Assembly (NCBI GenBank): GCA_964513995.1
Contig: CAZEOQ010000003.1
Coordinates: forward strand, 20,009 to 84,008
DNA from: an uncultured Desulfobacterales bacterium
Lineage (GTDB): Bacteria > Desulfobacterota > DSM-4660 > Desulfatiglandales > JALVZP01
Length of the DNA stretch: 64,000 bases
Reading direction: 5' to 3'
Shown: positions 19,145 through 27,881 of the stretch, in pieces
Layout: every line of letters begins with the position of its first letter
Position numbering within the stretch: the first letter of the stretch is position 1
Notes under the pieces: generated by a model
Databases searched by the model: none
The model's input: only the letters and a program-made list of their open reading frames with translations
What the model was told of the DNA's origin: nothing
Position numbers and translations under genes: made by a program

Positions 19145-20515
19145 ATGGCATATAAGCTTCTTGAAGGAATAAGAATACTTGATCTTACGACAGTATATGC
19201 AGGTCCTATGGGAACAAGAATACTTGCAGATCTTGGTGCAGAAGTAATAAAGATAGAGTCTCCATCAAGACCAGATCTTTTTACACGAATGACAGCATAT
19301 CCTGATAATGAACCACCTGAAAAGGAAAACTGGAATGCAGGAGGATACTTTCATCTCCTTAATGCAGGGAAAAAGGGGATAAGTCTTGATATATCAAAGG
19401 ATAAAGGAAAGGAGATATTCAAGAGACTTGTAAAGATAAGTGATATTGTAATGGAGAACTTTTCTCCAAGAGTTATGGATAATCTTGGTCTTGGATATCA
19501 GGAGCTCAGGAAAGTTAAGCCTGACATAATAATGGTATCAATGAGTGGACTTGGACATTATGGACCACTCAGAGACTACTACATGTATATGACAGGAATG
19601 GAAGGGATGTCCGGTCTTACATACATAACAGGACATCCTGACAAACCTCCACTTCTTTCAAACTATGCATATGGTGACTGGATGTTAGGAGTAACAGGTG
19701 CAGCTGCAGCTCTTACTGCACTCTATTACAGAAAAAAGACAGGAAAAGGACAGTATGTGGATGTTGCAGGAAGAGAAGCGATAATAATTCACATTGGTGA
19801 TGTGATAATGGACTATACACTTAATGGAAGAGTAAGGGAAAGGGCTGGAAACTTCCATCCAGAAATGGCACCACATGAATGTTATAGATGCAAGGGAGAA
19901 GACTCATGGATAAATATTGCAGTAGAAAATGATGAACAGTGGAAGGCACTTTGCAAGCTTATGGGAAAAGAAGAACTTAAAGATGATCCGAGATTTGCAA
20001 AAGCAGAAGACAGGGTAAAGAACAGAGAGGAGCTGAACAAAATTATAGAAGAGTGGACAAAGAATTATGATAACATAGAACTTATGGAAATGCTTCAGAA
20101 AGAAGGAATTCCTGCAGGTGCAGTCCTTTCCATGAAGCAGGTTCATCTGAATCCTCATCTAATCCAGAGAGGATACTTTGAGGTCATTGATCATGGAAAG
20201 GCTGTTGGAAAAAGACCAGTAGGAAAACAGATGCCAGCAAAGTTTTTGGGTGTAGAAAGCTTTGTTCCAAAAAGGGCTCCTCTTTTTGCTCAAGACAATG
20301 AATATGTATTTTGTGAGCTTCTTGGAATGAGCAAGGATGAGCTCAAGAAACTTGAAGAAGAAAAAGTCATAGGGACTGTTCCAAGATTTCCACCTCCTCG
20401 TCCAACAAGACTTGATCTTATAGAAAAACAGGTAGGAAAAGGTGCAGGTTATGTTGATCCAAATTATCTTGAAGAGCTGAGAAAGGTATTTGGAGAAGAC
20501 ATAGGAAAGAAATAA
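19145..20515 (+). CDS. family III (CaiB/BaiF-type) CoA-transferase, subunit/paralogue B
   Basis: LEGIRILDLTTVYAGPMGTRILADLGAEVIKIESP. The nucleophile Asp context YAYGDWMLGVTGAAAALTAL aligns with CaiB YTADYFSGLTATTAALAAL. Confidence 0.85.
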   Translation: MAYKLLEGIRILDLTTVYAGPMGTRILADLGAEVIKIESPSRPDLFTRMTAYPDNEPPEKENWNAGGYFHLLNAGKKGISLDISKDKGKEIFKRLVKISDIVMENFSPRVMDNLGLGYQELRKVKPDIIMVSMSGLGHYGPLRDYYMYMTGMEGMSGLTYITGHPDKPPLLSNYAYGDWMLGVTGAAAALTALYYRKKTGKGQYVDVAGREAIIIHIGDVIMDYTLNGRVRERAGNFHPEMAPHECYRCKGEDSWINIAVENDEQWKALCKLMGKEELKDDPRFAKAEDRVKNREELNKIIEEWTKNYDNIELMEMLQKEGIPAGAVLSMKQVHLNPHLIQRGYFEVIDHGKAVGKRPVGKQMPAKFLGVESFVPKRAPLFAQDNEYVFCELLGMSKDELKKLEEEKVIGTVPRFPPPRPTRLDLIEKQVGKGAGYVDPNYLEELRKVFGEDIGKK

Positions 20516-20531
20516 AAAGGAGGGAATCAGT

Positions 20532-21749
20532 ATGGAAGAGAAAATAGAAAAGGTAGAAAAGGGAAAGCTTGTTGAAGGTCGTCTTACTCCAGAGCTTATA
20601 AAGGAGATGGAAGGAAAGAAAGGACTTATGCTAAGAGTTGATGACTATATAAATAATGTTGATGTTACGAAAAGGGCAATAAGAAGTTTCTGTGATGGTG
20701 TAGGAGACTGGAATCCACTTTACAGAGATGAGGAATATGCAAAAAAGAGTCCATATAAAGGACTTGTAGCTCCACCATTTTTTGTATATTCCATCCTTCC
20801 TGCTGCACCACAGTTTGGATTTAGAGGACTTGGTGGATTCAATGCAAGGAATGAACTTCATTTTTATAAGCCTATCCGTCCAGGAATGCACATAGAGCCT
20901 ACATCACAGTTCAAGGACTTTGAGATAAAGGAAGGGAAAAGAGGAAAGATGGTATTTGAGTATTTTGAGCAAAGGTATGTAGATGAAAAAGGTGAGCTTG
21001 TATGTCTTTATAATCAGATGAATATAAGGGTTGAAAGAGCTGCAATGAGAAAGAGCAAGGAGGAAGAAGCAAAGAAAGAGAAAAAAGGTCCTCAGCTTCC
21101 ACATCCATGGACAGATGAAGAACTTGAACAGATAGAAAAAGAGATCCTTTCAGAAGAGATAAGAGGAGCAGAACCAAGATTCTGGGAAGATGTTCAGGTT
21201 GGAGAAGAGCTAAAGCCAGTAATAAAAGGACCAATTGGTCTTTCTGACATGATTGCATTCTTCCTTGGTGGTGCAACTCCTGTAAGACCATTTGGTCATG
21301 AGCTTGCATACAGACATAAACAAAGGCATCCTGCATGGTATTTCAGAGATCCTGAAACATATGCCTTGGAGCCAGTCTATGCTGTTCACTACAATAAATA
21401 TGCAGCACAATCACAGACAGGTATTGCATGGCCATATGATGTCGGAATACAGAGACACTGCTGGCAGGGACATCTTCTTACAAACTGGATGAGTGATCAC
21501 GGATGGCTGAAGATGGCAAGGGCAGAATACCGTGGTTTTGTATATCTTTCTGATGTGATAAGGGTTGGAGGAAAGGTCGTAAAGAAGTATATAGATGATG
21601 AAGGAGAGCCTGTTGTTGAGATAGAGACATATGCAATAAATCAGAGAGGAGAAAATGTAATGCCAGGACTTGCAATAGTTGCACTTCCGTCAAGAGAAAG
21701 GAACTACTGGCCAGTAGAAGAAAGAGTAAAAAAGGAAGGAATAAAATAA
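20532..21749 (+). CDS. double hotdog-fold (MaoC-N + MaoC-like) acyl-CoA dehydratase/hydratase family protein
   Basis: The N-terminal half carries FCDGVGDWNPLYRDEEYAKKSPYKGLVAPPFF, which is MaoC_dehydrat_N-like. The C-terminal half is a second hotdog domain. It is a paralogue of 26691-27881. Confidence 0.75.
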   Translation: MEEKIEKVEKGKLVEGRLTPELIKEMEGKKGLMLRVDDYINNVDVTKRAIRSFCDGVGDWNPLYRDEEYAKKSPYKGLVAPPFFVYSILPAAPQFGFRGLGGFNARNELHFYKPIRPGMHIEPTSQFKDFEIKEGKRGKMVFEYFEQRYVDEKGELVCLYNQMNIRVERAAMRKSKEEEAKKEKKGPQLPHPWTDEELEQIEKEILSEEIRGAEPRFWEDVQVGEELKPVIKGPIGLSDMIAFFLGGATPVRPFGHELAYRHKQRHPAWYFRDPETYALEPVYAVHYNKYAAQSQTGIAWPYDVGIQRHCWQGHLLTNWMSDHGWLKMARAEYRGFVYLSDVIRVGGKVVKKYIDDEGEPVVEIETYAINQRGENVMPGLAIVALPSRERNYWPVEERVKKEGIK

Positions 21750-21761
21750 AGGAGGAGGAAG

Positions 21762-23345
21762 ATGCCACTCAAAACCTTCTTGGATGAATTTAAGAGCTAC
21801 GAAGAAGCAAGAGAAAAGTTCAAGTGGTCTGACAGATGGAAGGTATTTGATGGGACAAAAGAAAACTTTAACATTGCACATGAATGTGTTGACAGACATC
21901 CAAAAGAGGATGTTGCTTTGAGGATAAAGTATGAGGACGGAAGGGAAGAGGTTTATAAGTTTAAGGAATTTTCAGAAGCAACATCACAGTTTGCAAACTT
22001 CCTTGCTGGAAGAGGAATAGAAAAAGGAGACAGAGTTGCACTCCTTCTTCATCCATGCTTTGAGTTTTATGTGGGAATGTTTGGGACATTTAAGAGAGGT
22101 GCTATCGTAATCCCATGTTCTCCACTTTTTGGACCAGAAGCAGTTGGATATCGTCTTGAAAAAGGTGGTGCAAAGGCAATACTTACAACAAAGGACAGGA
22201 CAAATCTTATTCCTGATGATGTAAGAAAGAAGCTGAATCTTCAGATAATATATGCAGACGATCTTCTTGATCAGATAAGCAAGGAATCAACAGAATTTAC
22301 TCCTAATACCAGTGCAAATGATCTTGCAATGTATCAGTTCTCAAGTGGGACAACAGGTGCACCAAAGATAGTAAATTACAGACATGGTGCAATTACTGTT
22401 GCAGCACCATTTGTAAGGTTTGCCGTAGGAATTACAGCTGATGACAACTACTTCTGTCCATCATCTCCTGCATGGGGACATGGAATCTGGTATGGAACAA
22501 TAGCACCACTTATATTTGGAGTTGCTGTTGGTGCATATTCAGGAAGGTTTAATCCTGATGTATGTCTTGAAGCACTTCAGAACTTTGAAATAACAAACAT
22601 CTCTGCAATTGCATCACACTACAGACTTATGGTCACATCTCCAAATGTTGATAAATACAAGCTTAAGCTAAGGAAGCTTACGTATACTGGTGAGGCTATG
22701 CCAAAGGACATAATAGAGCTTATACAGAAAAAATGGGGAATTACACCTTATGTCCTTTACGGAACAACAGAGGTAGGTCCTCTTACATGTGATTTTGCAG
22801 GATTTGAAACCTGGAAGCCAAAGCCAGGAAGTCTTGGAAAGCCAGCAATAGGAGCAGAAGTAGAAGTCCTTGATGAAGAAGGAAACATATGTCCTCCAGG
22901 AAAAGTAGGACAGATGGCAATAAAAAGAGGTGATAAATGGATAAAGGTAGGAGATCTTGTGTATAAGGATGAAGATGGATTCTTCTGGTATGTTGGAAGA
23001 GCAGATGATGTCATTATATCTGCAGGATATACAATAGGACCAATAGAGATTGAAGAAGCTCTTAAGAAACATCCAGCAGTGGAAGAGTGTGCAGTTGTTG
23101 GAAGTCCTGATAAAGAAAGAGGAAACATTGTAAAGGCATTTATTAAAGTAAGGGAAGGATACAGTCCTACTCCACAGCTTGCAGAAGAGATAAAGGAGTT
23201 TGTAAAGGATAAGCTCAGCAAGCATGAATATCCAAGAGAAGTTGAATTTATTGACGAGATTCCAAAGACACCTGATGGAAAGATAAGAAGGAAGGTGCTT
23301 AGGGAAAGAGAGATAGAGAGAAAGAAGAAGATGGGAGTGATATAG
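21762..23345 (+). CDS. AMP-forming acyl-CoA synthetase/ligase
   Basis: Adenylate-forming motifs YQFSSGTTGAPK, YGTTE, GDLVYKDEDGFFWYVGRADD and PKTPDGKIRR. Confidence 0.85.
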   Translation: MPLKTFLDEFKSYEEAREKFKWSDRWKVFDGTKENFNIAHECVDRHPKEDVALRIKYEDGREEVYKFKEFSEATSQFANFLAGRGIEKGDRVALLLHPCFEFYVGMFGTFKRGAIVIPCSPLFGPEAVGYRLEKGGAKAILTTKDRTNLIPDDVRKKLNLQIIYADDLLDQISKESTEFTPNTSANDLAMYQFSSGTTGAPKIVNYRHGAITVAAPFVRFAVGITADDNYFCPSSPAWGHGIWYGTIAPLIFGVAVGAYSGRFNPDVCLEALQNFEITNISAIASHYRLMVTSPNVDKYKLKLRKLTYTGEAMPKDIIELIQKKWGITPYVLYGTTEVGPLTCDFAGFETWKPKPGSLGKPAIGAEVEVLDEEGNICPPGKVGQMAIKRGDKWIKVGDLVYKDEDGFFWYVGRADDVIISAGYTIGPIEIEEALKKHPAVEECAVVGSPDKERGNIVKAFIKVREGYSPTPQLAEEIKEFVKDKLSKHEYPREVEFIDEIPKTPDGKIRRKVLREREIERKKKMGVI

Positions 23346-23352
23346 AAGAGGG

Positions 23353-24342
23353 ATGAAAAAAGGAAGACAAAAGGGCGGATTATTCCGCCCTTTTGTTTTA
23401 ATTATTTTTTCTGTCCTTCTTATTGCCCCTTCTTTCTGCAAAGCAGAAAAAGAATTTCTTCTTCCAGGAAAGCTTTATCCTTCCTTATGTATCTGTTTTC
23501 CAAACAATAAGGAAGGATGGATAGCAGGGCATTTTGGAATGATCTGGCATACAGATGATGGTGGAAAAAGCTGGAAGATTCAGGAAAGTGGAACGAGGAA
23601 AAATATAGTGGACATGTATTTTGTTGACACGAAGAATGGATGGGCGGTAGGATATGGAGGACTTATCCTTCATACATCTGATGGAAAAAGATGGGAAAAA
23701 CAGAAAAGTCCTTTGCCTTATTTCTGGAAGTCTGTCTTCTTTAAAGACAAGCTTCATGGATGGATTGTTGGAGAGATGGGAACAGTCCTTTATACAGAAG
23801 ATGGTGGAAAGAACTGGAAGGTCCTTATTACTGGAGACGACCTTGTATTCCATTCAATTGCCTTTTCTCCTGAAGGATATGGATGGGCAGCAGGTGAATT
23901 TGGTGTCATATATGCATATGATCTGAAGAAGTGGTATCTTGAAGACAATGGAATAGCTGCAGAAGAAAACACCATATGGTCAATAGCATGTATTGGAAAA
24001 GAAAGGATCGTTGCATCAGGAATAGCCTCACTCCTTCTTATAAAGGAAGGTTATACTGGAAGATGGAAGAGGATAAGAGTTCTTGAGAAATATCATGGAC
24101 AGAATAGCCTTTTCAGGATACTCAAATTCAAGGATAAGATAATCACATTTGGTATGAAGTCTATCTATTATAGCAAAGACCCTTATGGACCATGGAAAAA
24201 AGCTCGTCTTCCTTTAAAGCTTCCATATGGTGAATGGCTTTATGATTGCTGGAATAATGGGAAAAGGGTTTGGATCCTTGGAATAAAAGGAACAATCCTT
24301 TACAGTGATGATGGTGTGGTATGGAAGACCATAGGGGAATAA
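23353..24342 (+). CDS. secreted Ycf48/BNR-repeat-like beta-propeller protein
   Basis: Signal-peptide-like N-terminus and repeated Asp-box motifs TDDGGKSWK, TSDGKRWEK, TEDGGKNWK and SDDGVVWK. Confidence 0.75.
   Translation: MKKGRQKGGLFRPFVLIIFSVLLIAPSFCKAEKEFLLPGKLYPSLCICFPNNKEGWIAGHFGMIWHTDDGGKSWKIQESGTRKNIVDMYFVDTKNGWAVGYGGLILHTSDGKRWEKQKSPLPYFWKSVFFKDKLHGWIVGEMGTVLYTEDGGKNWKVLITGDDLVFHSIAFSPEGYGWAAGEFGVIYAYDLKKWYLEDNGIAAEENTIWSIACIGKERIVASGIASLLLIKEGYTGRWKRIRVLEKYHGQNSLFRILKFKDKIITFGMKSIYYSKDPYGPWKKARLPLKLPYGEWLYDCWNNGKRVWILGIKGTILYSDDGVVWKTIGE
23367..23410 (+). terminator. intrinsic-terminator-like hairpin inside the 5' coding region of the Ycf48-like gene
   Basis: 13-bp perfect stem ACAAAAGGGCGGA (23367-23379) / TCCGCCCTTTTGT (23384-23396) with a 4-nt loop, followed by TTTTAATTATTTTTT. 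Confidence 0.55.
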
Positions 24343-26687
24343 CAGGATTTATAGCAGAATATGCCTTCAGATTCAGAATTCCACTTCTCATCCTCACATT
24401 CCTTATCACAGTATATATGGGAATTGGTCTTAGAAGACTTCAGACAAAAGCAAGACTTGAGGACATGCTTCCAGAAAGTCATCCTTATATAAAACTTCAC
24501 AAAAAATATCAGGCAATATTTGGTGGAGCAAATACAGTCCTTTGTGAACTTAAGGTAAAAGAAGGAGACATATTTAATCCAAAATTCTTAAAGATACTCA
24601 AAGAAGTAACATACAAATTTCGCTATTATGACGATGTATATCCTCTTCTCGTAGATTCTATTACTCTTCAGAAGGCAAAATACATAAGTGTAAGAGGAAG
24701 GGGTGAGGTATACATTGGATCACTTGTATGGCCAAGAATTCCAAAGAAAAAGGAAGAGCTTGAAGAACTTAAAGAACATACACTTGGAAGTCCTCTTTAT
24801 AGAGGTGTCCTTGTTTCAGCTGATGGAAAGGCTGCTCTTATTGTTGCTCAATTTAAGCCAACAATTGATTATAAGAAGCTTTACAGATTTGTCCAAGACT
24901 TAAGAGAAAAGTATAATAACGAATATACGAGCATACACCTCATAGGAAGACCAATACTTCTTGCCACAATATATGGTCACTGGAACAGGATATTCTTTAT
25001 ATTTGCAATAACATTTGCAATCATAGGAATCCTTCTTTTCCTTTTTTTAAGGTGTCTTATAGGACTTATTGTCCCGATTGCTGTTGCATTTTTAAGCAGC
25101 ATCTGGGGGATTGGTCTTTGTGGATACCTGAAACTCAACTTTGATCCACTTATGATCGTCCTTCCATTCCTTGTTTCTGTAAGATGCATAAGCAGTGCTG
25201 TTCAGAAATGTGAAAGATATGTGGAAGAGGAGCTAAGGACAAGGAGAAAGGATATTGCTGCAAAGAATACTATAAGGAGTATGCTTCCTCCATGTCTTGG
25301 AGCAGTCCTTACAGATGGAGCAGGATTTGCTGCTATGATCCTTTCAGACATCCCTTTTTTAAAAAACATAAGCATCATACTTACACTCTGGATACTGAAT
25401 CTGATATTTTTGAGTGGGATAATGGCACCAATATTTTCATATTATCTTCCTGCACCAAGTTCTTATAAGAGCAGATTCTTCAGACCTTCAAAAGAAGATA
25501 TCTGGGCAAGATTTAACACAAAGATTGCAAGATTTTCCATAACACCTTTTGGAAAAAAGATTGTTATAGGCTTTGTCTTTACAGTTGCCTTTTTCTTTGG
25601 AATCTTTGCAGCAAGGATACCAATTGGAGAAATAGCTCCTGGGACAAGTGTTCTTAAGCCTGATTCTGTATATAATAGGGATTTTCAGGAAATAACACTC
25701 AGGTTTGACAAGATTGGTCCTGATACACTAATTCTATTTTTTGAAGGAAGGCCAGGGGCAGTAGAAGATCCAAGATTCCTTCACTACATAGAAGCATTTG
25801 AGTATTATATGAAGGAAAGGATGCCTGATATATGTGGAGGATGGAAGTCTCTTACGACAATCATAAGAAGACTTAACTGTATGTTTCATGAAGGAGATCC
25901 ATCATGGTTTCTTATCCCTGATAAGAAAAAGGCAACAGAGGATCTGATCCTTTTATATAGACAAAAGCAGCCACCTGGTGGATTTGACTGTTTTGCTGAC
26001 AGGCTTTTTAGATTTGGAAACACAGTCCTTTTTTTCAAGGATCATACTGAAAAGACAATAAAAAGAATCATGAAACACATGAAAGAGTTCTTTGAAAGAT
26101 ATCCACCAAAAATAGAAGGACTTGGAGAATTTAAACCAGCAGGAGGAGTAATAGGAGTTCATGCAGCAATAAATGAGACGATTGAAAAAGAGCATCTTCG
26201 CATAGACTCTACTGTCCTTTCAGCAATATTCCTTATATGTGCTCTTACATTCAGATCACTTCTTATTGCAAGCTTCCTTATAACTCCTCTTATTGTTGCA
26301 AACATCGTAGGATTTGGACTTATGAGCCTTCTTGGTCTTAGTCTTACGATAGAAACGATTCCTATTGCTGCTGTTGGTGTTGGAATTGGAGTAGACTTTA
26401 GCATTTATCTTTATAGCAGATACAAGGAGGAGTATGCAATAAGGACAGATATGGAAAGGAATCTTATTGAAGGTGCAAAGTCTGTAGGAAAAGCAATCCT
26501 TTTTATTGCACTTGTCATGATCATTCCTCTTTCTGTCTGGGGATTTCTTGCAGAGATAAGATTTCAGGCACAGATGGGAATGTTCTATTCACTTATCTTC
26601 TTTATAAATCTTATATTCTCTCTTACATTTCAGCCAGCAGTTGTTTCTCTTTTTGGAAAAAGGGTTGAGAAATCTCTTAAGAGGTAA
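24321..26687 (+). CDS. RND-superfamily transporter, MMPL/HpnN-like (COG1033-type)
   Basis: 788 aa with two multi-TM bundles separated by large soluble loops. The N-terminus is typical of predicted RND exporters. It overlaps the Ycf48-like gene by 22 nt. Confidence 0.8.
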   Translation: MEDHRGITGFIAEYAFRFRIPLLILTFLITVYMGIGLRRLQTKARLEDMLPESHPYIKLHKKYQAIFGGANTVLCELKVKEGDIFNPKFLKILKEVTYKFRYYDDVYPLLVDSITLQKAKYISVRGRGEVYIGSLVWPRIPKKKEELEELKEHTLGSPLYRGVLVSADGKAALIVAQFKPTIDYKKLYRFVQDLREKYNNEYTSIHLIGRPILLATIYGHWNRIFFIFAITFAIIGILLFLFLRCLIGLIVPIAVAFLSSIWGIGLCGYLKLNFDPLMIVLPFLVSVRCISSAVQKCERYVEEELRTRRKDIAAKNTIRSMLPPCLGAVLTDGAGFAAMILSDIPFLKNISIILTLWILNLIFLSGIMAPIFSYYLPAPSSYKSRFFRPSKEDIWARFNTKIARFSITPFGKKIVIGFVFTVAFFFGIFAARIPIGEIAPGTSVLKPDSVYNRDFQEITLRFDKIGPDTLILFFEGRPGAVEDPRFLHYIEAFEYYMKERMPDICGGWKSLTTIIRRLNCMFHEGDPSWFLIPDKKKATEDLILLYRQKQPPGGFDCFADRLFRFGNTVLFFKDHTEKTIKRIMKHMKEFFERYPPKIEGLGEFKPAGGVIGVHAAINETIEKEHLRIDSTVLSAIFLICALTFRSLLIASFLITPLIVANIVGFGLMSLLGLSLTIETIPIAAVGVGIGVDFSIYLYSRYKEEYAIRTDMERNLIEGAKSVGKAILFIALVMIIPLSVWGFLAEIRFQAQMGMFYSLIFFINLIFSLTFQPAVVSLFGKRVEKSLKR

Positions 26688-26690
26688 AGT

Positions 26691-27881
26691 ATGATAGAGT
26701 CAAAGGTAAAGATGGCAGAAGCAGAGATTACAGAAGAGCTTATAGAGGAGATGAAAAAAAGAAGAGGGAAGAAGCTTTATGTGGAAGATGTCCTTTTTCA
26801 CGACAGGGCAACAAAAAGGGCAATAGAAAGGTTTGCAGATGCAATAGGAGATCCTAATCCTCTCTGGAGAGACAGGGAATATGCAAGGAATACTATATAT
26901 GGAGACATAGTTGCACCACCTTCATGGATACTTTCTGTTCTTTCTGGTGTCCAGTTTGGATGGAAAGGTCTTGCAGGATTTCACATCTCAACTGAGATAA
27001 AGTTCTTTAGACCAATAATGCTTGATGATGTCCTGAGCTGTGAATCGGTATATGTAGGATTTGAAGGTCCAAAAAAGAGCAGATTTGCAGGAAAGGTTGT
27101 CATAGATACATTCAGAGAGAGGTATTTTAATCAGAAAGGAGAACTCATAGCAGTGTCTATAAGAAAGATCCTGAGAGCAGAAAGAAAAAGTGCAAGAGTT
27201 CGTTCTTATTATGAAGGAATAAAGCTTCCACATCCATGGAAAGAAGATGAGCTGAAGAAGATAGAAGAAGAGGTTATGAATGTGAAGATAAGGGGATCTG
27301 AGATAAGATACTGGGAAGATGTTAAAGTAGGAGAAGAGCTTCCAGATCTTGTAAAAGGACCAATTGGAATCATGGACATAATTTCTGCAATAAGTGTTGG
27401 ACTTGCTCCTGCAAGGATATGTGGTCAGGCTGTTGCACTTGAGGAATACAGAAAAAGACCTGCATGGGCATTCCGTGATCCAGAAACAGGTGCAATGGAA
27501 CCTCTTCTTGCGGTTCACTATAACAAAGAAGCAGCAAAGGCAATGGGTCTTCCATATCCATATGATCTTGGACCACAAAGACAGTGCTGGTATATACAGC
27601 ACATAACAAACTGGATGGGAGATGATGGATGGCTAAAAAGCTGCTCTGCAGAATACAGAAGGTTTGTATTTCTTTCTGATGTTATCCGTTTTAAAGGAAA
27701 AGTCACAAGGAAGTATGTGGATGAAGAAGGTGAGCCTGTTGTAGAGATAGAAACGAATACATATAATCAGAGAGGGGAAAATGTCCTTATTGGAAAAGCA
27801 ACAGTTGTCCTTCCATCAAAAAAGATGAATACACATCCAGTTAAAAAAAGACTTGGGAGGGAAGAAGATGGTAAGGGCTAA
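26691..27881 (+). CDS. double hotdog-fold (MaoC-N + MaoC-like) protein, paralogue 2
   Basis: FADAIGDPNPLWRDREYARNTIYGDIVAPPSW, plus long blocks identical to 20532-21749 (e.g. GEPVVEIET, LPHPW, RDPET). It starts 4 nt after the RND stop. Confidence 0.75.
   Translation: MIESKVKMAEAEITEELIEEMKKRRGKKLYVEDVLFHDRATKRAIERFADAIGDPNPLWRDREYARNTIYGDIVAPPSWILSVLSGVQFGWKGLAGFHISTEIKFFRPIMLDDVLSCESVYVGFEGPKKSRFAGKVVIDTFRERYFNQKGELIAVSIRKILRAERKSARVRSYYEGIKLPHPWKEDELKKIEEEVMNVKIRGSEIRYWEDVKVGEELPDLVKGPIGIMDIISAISVGLAPARICGQAVALEEYRKRPAWAFRDPETGAMEPLLAVHYNKEAAKAMGLPYPYDLGPQRQCWYIQHITNWMGDDGWLKSCSAEYRRFVFLSDVIRFKGKVTRKYVDEEGEPVVEIETNTYNQRGENVLIGKATVVLPSKKMNTHPVKKRLGREEDGKG

Noticed and set aside
23353-23410. 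Moving the start of the Ycf48-like gene downstream of the terminator-like hairpin.
   Set aside because: No in-frame ATG/GTG/TTG start exists after the hairpin until far into the propeller domain. The encoded N-terminus also looks like a genuine signal peptide.
22668-23441. 257-aa ORF antisense to the acyl-CoA ligase. Similar long antisense ORFs occur at 26988-27602, 20911-21336, 58931-59533, 54934-55329, 44453-44830, 39646-40089 and 2899-3213.
   Set aside because: Each lies entirely inside and opposite a gene with strong family motifs. Their S/F/L/C-rich low-complexity translations are the mirror image of purine-rich sense strands. None has an SD or a recognisable motif.
24321-26687. Calling the RND transporter HpnN and linking it to the hpnJ-like operon at 52733-56805.
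   Set aside because: Only the general COG1033/MMPL-type architecture is visible. The two loci are about 26 kb apart with unrelated genes between them. The assignment would need a family-specific HMM.
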